DNA of 52,628 nt, counting the filler, from Sphacelaria rigidula (taxonomy: Eukaryota): assembly GCA_964200075.2 (NCBI GenBank). It is 4 parts of 4 records of this genome, joined end to end, with 100 filler letters (N's around TTAATTAATTAA, not from the genome) between each part and the next. Parts side by side here need not be neighbours in the genome. Positions count along the whole stretch, not along the records: positions 13,184 to 26,266 come from CAXNAA020003165.1; positions 26,367 to 39,447 come from CAXNAA020003166.1; 2 more parts are not named here. One strand, given 5' to 3'. Made by a program: the position numbers and the translations under genes. The notes below the pieces were generated by a model. It ran no database searches. It saw only the letters and a list, made by a program, of their open reading frames with translations, and was not told the DNA's origin. Shown in pieces: positions 24,101 to 35,100 of this stretch (the first letter of the stretch is position 1; each line of letters opens with the position of its first letter).

Positions 24101-25383
24101 GGGCGGCTGTTGCTAAAACTGGTTCAGGCGATAGTTTAACTTTCTCACCTGCCAAAGAAGCGCCACACGTACACCATGTTGACGATGTCGGGGTACACAA
24201 CCTCCGTCGTGTCTTTGCCCCCCCACCCGCTCACGATCTGATCGGGCAATCGTCGCAGCGCATCAATGAAAACAGCAAAAAAAAAGCGGTGTAAAGAAAA
24301 AAAAAAGTGAGGAAAAAAGGAACGCATCCACGAAGCGCTACGATATCAACCCCTTGTGATCGACCCACCACTTCAAGGGACGAGGTTCGACACTCTGTTG
24401 AAACAGCATCATTTTCACTTTGCGAAAATGACCCACACCCAGGCTGTGTCTCATTAAAAAAAATCGACTCGAAAACATGCGGTCGAATCGAATTGATCGC
24501 TGCGAGGCCGTATCAGATACGTCCACGGCATTTATGTTCTCAGATGCCATCAAGTCCATATTATAATTAGTTGCGCGCGACGGGCAGGGTCAAAAACATA
24601 AAAGCTTGGCTTTTTCGAGCGAGACGAGCGGCGGAATGAACGAAGGGGCACGTAACTCCCGCGTTGCAGACAACCGTGCCAGATACCAGATACTACCCTT
24701 TCACAGAATTACGCAAAACCCTTATGGTTCATTCCCAGCTACCTGTTCAACCCTGCGGCATAGATCACGAACTGAGCGCAGGGATACATACACTGCGGTG
24801 ATATGAGACTGACACCACCACACTTTTGGCACAGCGACTTTGTATATTTGGACATATTCTTGGACAGTTCTTCGCGCGGTGCGCACGCAAGTCAAAGAGA
24901 AAAAAATATATGCTATGAATAACGAAGCCTTTTGTGTACTTGGTGACTTCACTCTCGATTTGTTTCCAACCCTGGGATAGCGAGACTAGGTCATCCATTG
25001 AACCGACATCAAATTCACTTGAAATATATATATATATGAACGATCCCGATGGACTACCCTCGCGGTCTAAGGGTTAACCCTCAGACGGCGAGAGTAGGTC
25101 ACCTGCTGAATCGGCATCAATTTTCACTTGAAAAAATTATGCGTGACCCCGATGGACTCCCCGCACCGCGGTCTAATCGTTGAATGGGCGATTTTTCCCG
25201 CGCTGTACTGCACTACACCTTAATGCGTCGCGAGGTGATGGTGTACTTGACCCAAGCTTGACGCGCCACGGACGCTGAAAAGGGTACAATTCCGATGACG
25301 GTGAGTATAGACACGGCCGGCGCCACCATCTCCGAAGGGTCGGGCCCACCCTCAAAGAACGTCACCTCCGCCTCCAGCTTCAC
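18156..25383 (-). CDS. Cyanobacterial-type bacterial PH-domain (bPH_2/DUF304) membrane protein, likely plastid-targeted; 5'-partial. Exons 25383-25219, 24237-24149, 22678-22571, 18195-18156
   Basis: Four exons with GT-AG boundaries and matching phases splice to VKLEAEVTFFEGGPDPSEMVAPAVSILTVIGIVPFSASVARQAWVKYTITSRRIK-IVSGWGGKDTTEVVYPDIVNMVYVWRFFG-RCGDMVLTLRDGSKLEVRSLPDFEKNYQYIFDRTSA-RCQAESQIMTAPK*. This follows the motif order recalled for cyanobacterial bPH_2 proteins (EGGP, one TM helix, ITxRR, GDMVLTLxDGSxLE). The first exon or exons were not found. Confidence 0.88.
18400..18520 (+). repeat. Dispersed repeat; copies at 38960-39065 (minus) and 52540-52580
   Basis: GCTCCGTCT.GAAA.GGATGCGTGGTCAATGGTC.AACGA.TA.GGCAAG.AACA.ATGAGTACCCCCC. 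Confidence 0.8.
20051..20458. mobile_element. Fold-back MITE (PIF/Harbinger-like), right end truncated
   Basis: TTA|GGCCGCTCCTTATAGCAGAC...; internal arms AGAGAG..AGGCGGAGTTTGACACC / GGTGTCAAACTCCGCTTA.CTCTCT. Same family as 49740-50199. Confidence 0.8.
20804..21843. mobile_element. ~1-kb non-autonomous TIR element packed with ATCGAT/CAATAG motifs
   Basis: Termini CACACCCTGGACA / TGTCCAGGGTATA. Further right ends at ~22455-22473 (TGTCCCGGGTGTG) and 52350-52369 (TGTCCAGGGTGTG). Confidence 0.75.
23048..23212 (+). repeat. Dispersed repeat (copy of 9009-9165) ending in GGGTTGGGGTTAGGGTTGGGG
   Basis: Direct similarity to 9009-9165. Confidence 0.8.
23636..23898. mobile_element. MITE with CAC-starting ~20-bp TIRs; second copy at 25841-26117
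   Basis: CACACTTCGGACAGCTCATG / CATGAGGTGCCCGACGTGTG; the interior is similar to 25841-26117. Confidence 0.75.
24970..25179 (+). mobile_element. Tandem dimer of the piggyBac-like MITE joined by one TTAA
   Basis: ...GCGGTCTAAGGG|TTAA|CCCTCAGACGGCGAG... at 25062-25092. Confidence 0.8.
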
Positions 25384-25390
25384 CTGCTCA

Positions 25391-25444
<54 letters not shown>

Positions 25445-25519
25445 ACCACAAACAACACCACACCAAACAAAACAAAAAAAGAACAAACGAAGAGAAGAAA
25501 TAAGCGGGGNNNNNNNNNN

Positions 25520-25560
<41 letters not shown>

Positions 25561-25561
25561 A

Positions 25562-25620
<59 letters not shown>

Positions 25621-25840
25621 CCCCACGCGCGCGCGTACCCCACCAAATAAAAAAAACGGTAGCATCACAACAACAAAATAAGAGATTACTTCACGTGAAA
25701 AATACCGCGGGGGGAACTTGGGGTAGATTGTCCCCCACAATCACATCCATGTTCTCAAAATGCGAGGGGAGGGGGGGAGCAGGGAGGATGCGTTCTCAGC
25801 AGCTTTTTGCTCTTTTTTTTTTGCTTTTCCGTCACACTTT

Positions 25841-26117
25841 CACATGTCGCACAGCTCATGAACGCCTGAAAATTACTGGAGTATTTCTCATGAGTGTACT
25901 CATCAGGATCCTCTTTTTCGGGTAGCTCATGAGCCAGCTATCCCTTTTTTTCCATGTTTGCTCCCTTAAGCGGTGGACGCTACACACGCAGAGAAGCGAA
26001 GATGTGCAGCGCTTTGGCTCCTCGAAACCCGCAGTCACGTAGTTGTGGTTCTTGGACAAGAGATCTACAATTCTCTTCGACTAGATACTTGAGGTAGGTC
26101 ATGAGCTGTCCTATGTG
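25841..26117. mobile_element. MITE, same family as 23636-23898
   Basis: CACATGTCGCACAGCTCATGA / TCATGAGCTGTCCTATGTG. Confidence 0.72.
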
Positions 26118-26266
26118 TACACGCTTTCAAACCCTCTCCTTCCCGGGGATGAGTCCGTGATCAAACGCTGAACCAATCTCTTCCTCGGTACACGCCTCCA
26201 AAGATTTAACGGTTAGGACGAGTCATCACGACTACGAATCACCAAATCCACGATTTCTTCGGCCTG

Positions 26267-26366
26267 NNNNNNNNNNNNNNNNNNNNNNNNNNNNNNNNNN
26301 NNNNNNNNNNTTAATTAATTAANNNNNNNNNNNNNNNNNNNNNNNNNNNNNNNNNNNNNNNNNNNN
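26267..26366. other. Artificial scaffold linker (N44-TTAATTAATTAA-N44)
   Basis: Identical to 13084-13183. Confidence 0.98.
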
Positions 26367-26402
26367 TTTTTTTTGTTCCCTCTTTTTTTTTTCCTTTCCT
26401 TT

Positions 26403-26441
<39 letters not shown>

Positions 26442-26648
26442 TCCCCCCCCCCCCCCCCCCCCCCCTCCCGAAAACGAGCCTGGCTCTGTCTTCTTCTCTT
26501 GTCTTCCTTTCTCTACGTTTTATTATTATTTTCTTCTTTTTCTTTCATTTTTCTCCTTTTTTTTGTGATGACGAGCTGGAGCGTTGCTATCAGCTATTAA
26601 TACGTAATGCGAGATAATAATCTTGGTGTGTTGTTTGTGTGTGCATTT

Positions 26649-26679
<31 letters not shown>

Positions 26680-29126
26680 CGTCGTCGTCGTCGTTATTGC
26701 TTCCTTTCTTCTTTCCTTTCTGTGGCTGTTGTTTTTATCTTCCTCTGTTCATTTCCTAGTCTCTTCTTTTTTGGTGCTCCTGACCACGGGCTGGATTGTC
26801 GCAATCAGCTAATATGAGATGATCAATCAATCGATCAATCAACCACTGTCTCTTCCTATCTGTTGTTGATTTTGTCTTTGATCGGCCGTCTTGTGGTGGT
26901 CTATGGTTTGTGTATTTGTACCTGCTCTACTGTATGGTGTCCTTGGGCTTCGTCACTTTCGTAGTATTTTTTTTGTCCTCTCTTTCTCTCCTCATCTCTC
27001 TGTGTTGTTTCCTCCCTGTGTATGCAAGTTGCGGTTTGGTTCCTTGCTTCCGTAGGGTTCATGGGTGAGCGCCAATATTCAATACGTTGTGGTCGAAGTA
27101 GATAAGCCACAATCCGCTCCCACGGCTTATTGTTTTTCTCTTCTCTTTCCATCTACTCTGTTTGCCTGTTCCACATTTCTGTTTTCTTCGCTTTCCCTCA
27201 ATGAATGTTTCGGTTTTGTTTCTATTTTCTATCTAGGGTACTTCCATCATATGTTCACGGCTGGATCCCTGGGTAATCACTCATTGTTGCGACAACCAGT
27301 CAATCAATCAATCAATCAATCAATCGATCAATTCAAGTAGATATCGGCCTGGTGCTTATTTTGTTCTCCTCTTTTTCGTCCCTTTCCTTTCCTTTGTGTT
27401 TTCGTTTTCGCCTCTTCTGTTCAATGTGCTTTGCTTGCCCATTCTTTCCTTGTTCCTCCCCCCCCCCCCGCGAAAGCTTCCTTTTGCGATTGTTTCCGGT
27501 TATACGCCTTGGGTGTGTCTGGGTAACGGATGAACTGCCAGGCCAGGCATTGGACGTGCAGCTTTGCCCCCACCAAGCTGTGGCCGGGGAATGGTGGTCT
27601 ACGTACATGTTGATCTGTATAGCAGATGATCTGGAGGGAGTGCCCACCTCTGACACTGTCGGGAGGTGTCGAGGGTGGAAAGTTTGTCGCGGGCGGAGCA
27701 AAGGAGCATGGATGATTCTTTCAAAATCCCCTCTGCCCTTCGCGCTGGTCGAAATTATTCAATGATGGACTGTGCTTGTACTGGGATCGTGAATGAAGAA
27801 CCACGGTTTACTCGTGAGATTTTTTAGAAACAGTAAGTTGAGAGAGCAGATTGGCAATTTTTCATAGCATTATTTGTATTGCAATTGTACTGCCGTACTG
27901 ACTGCGGAATGTACTGCACCGCACTGTTCCGAACCCACCCACACGGGCTGTATCCACTGCATGTGAAGCACAGTTGGCCGTGTGCATGACTGCTGAGCTG
28001 TGTTGTGTCCCTCCCGCATGCACATGCTGCTGGGATTGAACCAGTGTGCAGCTACCTGCGGCTGTGTGCAGCTGTGCTGTGCTCTGCAACCTGCTATCCG
28101 CAACCTCCACTACAAACCACGCTTAGTTTATACAGCAAGCTGCGCATGAAAACATCTAACCGCACGCAAGGAGGACAAACAGACTCACGACACAATTGTA
28201 GGTAGCACACATGCACAGCGGGACTTCACTCTGGGGTGTCAAGCTCTGGAGCACTTGCCTACACATGAAAGCACGGCACAACGTGTCAATCATAGCAGAT
28301 TTTGGGCTCTATACACATGTATACTGAGTGAATAAAGATCATTCCTTGACATACCTGGTAAGCAAAGCACCGTCAATGCCAACATGTCTCTCCTGAGATC
28401 ACTCATGCTCGCACACACTTTCCCGCGAGAAAGCATGATATCACAGGTGGCCGAGGCGGTTGGAAAATGACCACTCAGAGCGGGTTTCAAAATGGTTATC
28501 GATTTACACTTGACTATATAATCTGCAAAGCTCAAAAGCCACGGATCACGAATGCTATAGTGCTACAATACAGTGTTGCGCCCTTATGGATGTGCAATTT
28601 TTTGACGAAGCAGCCTATTTTTTCTTGCTTTTCTCTTTTCCTGAAATTTTATACTCACTTTTACGCTTTTCCTTGGAGGCAGGTTGGGGGTCGATGACCA
28701 ACGGGATGTGCACCAGAGGTGTTCTAATGTGGCGATATAGCCAGCAAGAGCTAACAAGATGTCATGAGCAAAGCGGCCGAGTGACACGACTGTCTTTGTG
28801 TACCGTCTGTGTTGTGCTGTGCTATGCTGTACCTGTGCTGCAGGATTATGCCGGGAAGGTTGGCTTGACCAAGTTGGACGAAAATTCTAGCGCATAGCAG
28901 GTTACCATCAACCAAGGGAGGCAGTCAGATAGTACAGCAGTACAATATAACAGTCCAGCATCAGCACCGTACAGTTCGGCCGCATCTCCTCAGCGTAGGC
29001 TGCCTGCTTCAGGTCGACACAGGATACGAATCAAGGTTGCCAGTTCCGGGGGAGCCCCATCTGCAACCTCTAACTGTGGTTGAAGATTAGACCCAGTGCA
29101 ATTTGCAGCAGCAGAGTGCGGGAGCG

Positions 29127-32100
29127 ATGAAGGTGCTCAAAAGGCAAATCAGCGCCAAGGACGGAGATGGATTCGTGCAGATGAAGACTGAGGAGGCGGA
29201 GGACATGTGGCACGCCTACAACCTCATCATGGCCGGCGACAGGGTTCGCACGACCACGGTCAGAAAGGTCCGTCATTTCTATTTTTCGTCCGCGCTCACG
29301 TGAGGCAAACCTGGTAGACAGTCTTCGCTTTTTCGCTCGTCTTGCTTGCCCACTCTTGTGCTGTCCTAGTACAACTGTGTCAGTACAACTGCGTTGTGCT
29401 CTGTAGTGTCCACCGCTCTTGTACGCCCATGTCGAAGAGCCGAATTTCGCACAACATACAGTACAGTAGCACAGTATGTGTTGCATGTCAGTCGTCCTTC
29501 ATTTCGTTTCGGGGACGATGCACAGCGCACTGCGCGCCACGTGGCGGACCTTCAAAGATGCTGGATTGGCTTTCATCCGCTATAGAAATATGAAATACAA
29601 ATTGAATCATTGCCGCATCTCACGGTTATTCCATCTGCTGAGCATTATGATGTATGCGTGCTGTACTGTGAATCAGGCGTGCACCTTCAACCCGGTTACC
29701 GCGAAGGTGTCAGTTTGACTTCACGTATGCCAACCCACCACTTCGTGTGTCCCGTTTTGAATTTGTGCGCGGCTGATGTTACAGTTCAGTAATGATCGCT
29801 TGGTGGGCAGGGGATTGAGTCGTATCTCTTGTTACTGTATTTCCATTTCGTCCCTTGCAGTTTGAAAATGTTCGAGTTGTTCCATTTCCCCGCAACTTCA
29901 AGGTACAATTTGAGATGTTTCCTTTGCTCTCCGCGACCAATTGGAGCGTCATACCGTATTACAAATACCCTTCCTGTTCCGCACATGAGTCGAGGTTGGA
30001 TCCTGTGTTATCGAAATGGGAAATCTGTAACAGGATCAGATTGCAAACAGATTTGCGCTCAGAACGACCACGCTTTGATCGTTGTCGGATACACTTTTGT
30101 TCAATAAAGTTTACCCCATTCAACTCCACCGTTGAAACATACTTGATCTTCGTGTAATAACCGAAACTCGGATCCTACATGGGAATGACAGTCCCGGGTA
30201 CTCCGATTTCAAGTAGCTCAACCCGCACTCTGCCTATAATAGGACACCCTTGCACCACTCTTGCTCGAGGGTTCGCGGTATGTTTCAGGTTGTTAGGGTT
30301 CGAGTCAAAGTCATTTCAAGAATGTGTCAACCATGAATTTGGGAACACAAATCGGAGGAGACCCATCTCCTTTTGCTGTCCAGATGTTTGGACGTTCAAA
30401 GATCCGACGTTTTTCGCAGTAGTGTTCGGTCCTACACATGAGTACTCACACAAAAATGACGCGAAACACAACACTTCATACCGAGCCCCCAAGAAATACG
30501 CAGAGGTAGCCGCCACACATTCGCCTTGGCGTTTTTGTAGCTCCAACGGTTCCCGGTGCTGACCTGCACACGGTAGTCTTCCTTCAATGGAAATCCGCTC
30601 AGTATTGGAGGAAGGGTGGCCGCGTGCGTGACAACGGAGAACTTGTCGTAGCTGACCCTCTGCGTGCGCATTTTCGGCCAGCATCTGATACTGATCGTTT
30701 CCCATTCCAATTGAGAAGGATTTGCCGAAACTAAATTAATCGCACTCAGCTGATCAACTTCTATTCTACAGCTCAAGCCACTCGTATAGTGTGTGCTTTT
30801 GCTGTGCCGGGAACAGTACCGGCCTCACGTTCACGTGAGGTGGTGTTGAGTTGTATGCCAGAACTTTGCATGCGCCCCTGCGGCTACTGTACTTATGTTC
30901 CCCTTGGAGCAGACTGATCGCCTGCTGGCGGACAAGTGTCTCAAGTGTCCCGAAGTACCTTTCACGTTTTTCGTGTAAGGATTTTTATTGCTATGTCTTT
31001 GGGGGGTGATACCGCACCGACTAATCACATGGCGCAAAGAGCAAGCCGATTTGAAAAAACAACGCATTTTCTGCTCCGATAAGACAGGTCCTTGTGTACA
31101 TCGGGGGACACACAACATACTGCACCTAAGCCTACGATCGTGGCGGCATTTAACTTGAGCGCTACATAGCCCGATGTACTTAGGCCCAATATTTCGAAAC
31201 AACCACATACCAACTGTTGAAAAATGCCGGAGTAATCCAAATTTCGTCGAATCATTTCGTGGTGACGAAAGCTTTGCAGAAGCAACGGCTTTGTTTGCAC
31301 ATCGGCGCTATGCTCAGTCAATGGCCAGCACTTCAATGATTGGGTCTGTGATTAACGCTCCAAATATTACGACCAACGCTACCCATGTGCGTACTGTTTC
31401 GAGAGCTCTGGGGGTTGATGGCCCATTCTATGCCCCGCCGGTTGTGTCATGATCAGCAAGATGGAAGTGATGCTGCCCAAGTTGCGGCAAATGCTGTCCA
31501 GCTGCGGCAGCATGAAATCCAGCGCAGCAGTTACGGATAGCGGCTCCTCTGCCACCCACACTACACCCCATTGCTACGTACTCTGCCTGGCTAATAGACC
31601 ATCTTCCATTTTTGTGCGCTCGACATAAACGCTGCGATTACATCACCTACACGGATTACCCCTCCCGACACTGACCGTCTATCCTCAAACTTAGCGTAGT
31701 CTGCATCGGGATATTCCACAAACTCGTACCTGAAAGCCCTAATCAAAGTGATACCTAGGTCGACACACCCAACCCAAGCATCATTCATGTCAGGGCCTCG
31801 AGATTGGTGTTCTTGGAAGGTGCCGATGCTGACTAGGTTGAGTACGATGATCGACGGTCAGTGTCGGGAGGGGTCATCCGTTCAAGTGCTGAAATCATAA
31901 GGTTTTTGTCGACAGCGCACAAAAATAGAATATGGTACACTAGCCAGGAAGGGTACGTAGCCATGGGGCATGCGTGGCGAAGGAGGTGCTATTCGAAACT
32001 ACTGCGCTGGAGTTCATGCTGCCGCGACTTGGGCGGCATTAGTTCCATTTTGCTGATTACTATCGTTTATAACCGACGGGGCATACAACGGGCAAACAAC

Positions 32101-35100
32101 CCCCGGGGCTCTCAAAACAAGAGGTTTATTGGTGACGTTGGTCATATTTTTCGCAGAAATTTAGTCACGGATCAGATCATTGGAGTGGAGTGCTAGCTAG
32201 TCCTTGACTCATACCCACAACCATATGATAACGCTGCTGTTGTCTCCGGAGAGCTTCCGTCACCACAGGAATGGTGTGATGCTTGATTCCTAGGGTCGAT
32301 TACGCGTCGCCGATACCATACAGTCATCCACAGATACAATATAGTGCGTGCGGACCATGGAAGGAAGGAGAAGATTGGGTATATAGACAGAACAAATTCG
32401 ATGTGCGCCTCTCCTCTCTGAAGCCAGAGACGTCAAAATATAGTATTATACGCCACCATCGAAGTGCACAGGAACAACAGCCAGTCACACTCAAGATACC
32501 CATGTTCGTGTTGTAGCGGATTGACAGAGCCATGTTACAGTCTCCCTGAGCTGAAAGGCCGCGATACAACGCTCTACCCTCTTTTGCTTTTTGCGCGTCT
32601 AGAATACGGGTCACACCTGTGGCAAAGCCATGCAAGAATCGGTCGAATCGCGTACCCGAAAAAGCTTGCCTGCGCAAAAGTACGTACGCAGTAAAGACAT
32701 GCGTTGTCCATTACAATATTTTTTGCCGTGACAAAACCCTCACCAAGATCACGTATATCATCTTATGCCGAACATTTCATGCGACACGTGGAGGTGGTGA
32801 ATGAGAGCTCCACGGGGTCGACCACGAGCAAGCGAGTGCGTCTGAGCCTCACCATCGCGGTCGAGAGAGTGGACTTCGACTCGAGTTCATGCTTGCTACG
32901 TCTCTCAGGAAGAAACTCGGCAGAAAACCCGCATGTCAAGGTAAGGAGACATACCTGCCCAAATGTACGAGTATTTTTGTGAAATAGGGTGGTCGCGAGC
33001 GTGTAAGATCGCGTTGAACGTTTTTAAAGTATACAGTCATGTTGGTGTACTCACGGGTGACGGAACTCGAACTTGAACCTATGTGAAATGATGAAAGGCA
33101 ATGCTGTTGCGGCGTGTTGACAAGTATAATATCCAGCGCCTTTTTTTGGAAAGGTCAACTCGTGTATGTCTGTGTAAGCATGAAACACTCCAAAACATGC
33201 GAGTGATTTGTTTAGCTAAGATGAGATGTAAATGATGATGCTTGGAATATTTGTGGACCTAAGAGCTTTTGAAATTGGATCCTAGTGGCAGTGCGCTGTG
33301 AAGGCCAAAACATGCCAACAATATAGATGCGCATTTCATGCAAACACTCCAGACATGAAAGCTACAGGAGTGGAATGTAAATGTGGTACTAATCCCCGAC
33401 GCAGGGTGGACAATCCTATAACCCGGTACTTGCTTCTCCTGACTGTTCCAATACCAATACGGTATTAACTTGTTGGCAACACCATCGACAATATCACACT
33501 ACTGTTTTCCCCTAGTACTTGCCCACTCGCCCCTCCTGCCATTCCCAACGCTCCGTCAATTTTGGAGGCAGATCGGGGCATATCACACCCTGGATCTGGA
33601 GCTGAACCAAGTGTTTTCCATCGAGAAGGATGTGTGGGACACGATCCACCTCGAAAGGATAGAAACATGTAGCGACCCTGCCCGGAAGGTGAAAGCACAA
33701 GCACCAGGGTTAGGGTAAGGCGTGCACTCGTACTTGTATTGAATAATTGACATTTGGCGGTTTTGGGGTGTACTTCGGCTGGTGGCTAGTGCTAAGTATC
33801 GTTGCTGCTGCTGCGTCCCTCCAAACAACGGCCAAGGGCTAACATCGTCTGATGTGCGCATCACCATGTTGTTCGTTTCTGCTCTCGGTACCGTATAGTC
33901 ACAGGATCGCGTGTTCAGGAGCGGTGTGAGACATTGTTCTCGAGTTTTTCAGTCACATGTTCCTACGCGACGTGATGAATTGTTGCGAGGCCCCTTTCGT
34001 GTTTTCTATATCGTCAATAGCCGCAACTTTTTTCCAACAGTGGCTGTTCTGTGTGTGTTGCACCATCTCGAGCAGGCTGAGGTGTGCGCGGTTGTCATGA
34101 CGGGGGGGTTGGCACACGTTTGCCTGGTGACATCACACATGACAATCACGAGGGCAAGAATCGAGATGAACATTCCGAGGAAGAGGGCTGGGAGCTCTGA
34201 TCATCGCAAAGCCATGACCCGGTTTTACGAAGCCGTGTACCAGGTGCGTCCTTTACGTACACTCGTCATCCTTCGAGACATGCTCTTGATCATCCAGCTC
34301 TGCTCTCGCATAAGAAATCACGGCACATCTAATGCCGTTTGCAAGCATTTCCAGTAGTATTTACCCTACCCTACCAGAGTACCCGAGTTCGGGCATGCGC
34401 TCACAGGGCACTATCACGATCACGTGGTGCTGCAGCCAGTACATGCGATACGCGGTGGCGTTGAAAACGCCCTCCCCTCCGTCTCTGGCTCTCCCGGCCA
34501 TAGGCCATTGTGCGACACGTAAATTTCCAGCAGATCAAGTGCTTGCTTCTCGGGAGCCCGGGGTTTGTCAAGGACGACTTCTTCGAGTATCTCAACCTTG
34601 AGGCCGTACGGAGGGATGAAAGGGTAGGTGTTCGGTGTGAGATGTTTGTGCTATGCAGCTGTTTACGCCGTCTGGGTCGGTCGTGATGTGACTGGCTGAT
34701 TTGTCACATTTTTTCTGATCCACCAGGGATCCAGCCTTACCGTGGTCACATGATAGTCACGTGATGGACGCACCCAAGACAAAACAGAACCGGAACACTC
34801 GCTGAAGAAAGAGAGAAAAAACAGAAAAGATAGCCCCCTGAAGTCCGAACGACCACCTGCGGCACCGGATCTTCTGAGATTAGCCATGTGTACTCTCTTT
34901 CTTCTTTATTTGTATCCCTCTTTTGCTTGTATCGCGTTTTGTGAATTTTTAATCTGAGTCTATATATATATATATATTGCTAGCCTGTGACCACGGAAGG
35001 CGTCCGCATCAGATGCCCAGTACAAATGTACAGATGCCCAGTACGAATGCACCGCGCAGATATCGGAACGGTTTTTAATGTGAAGACAACAACAACAACA

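Noticed and set aside
25394..25624. Poly-Gly/poly-Pro ORFs and G-quadruplex-like runs (also 13011-13083, 17547-17710, 26367-26470)
   Set aside because: Homopolymer runs adjacent to N gaps; probably low-quality sequence or assembly artefacts.
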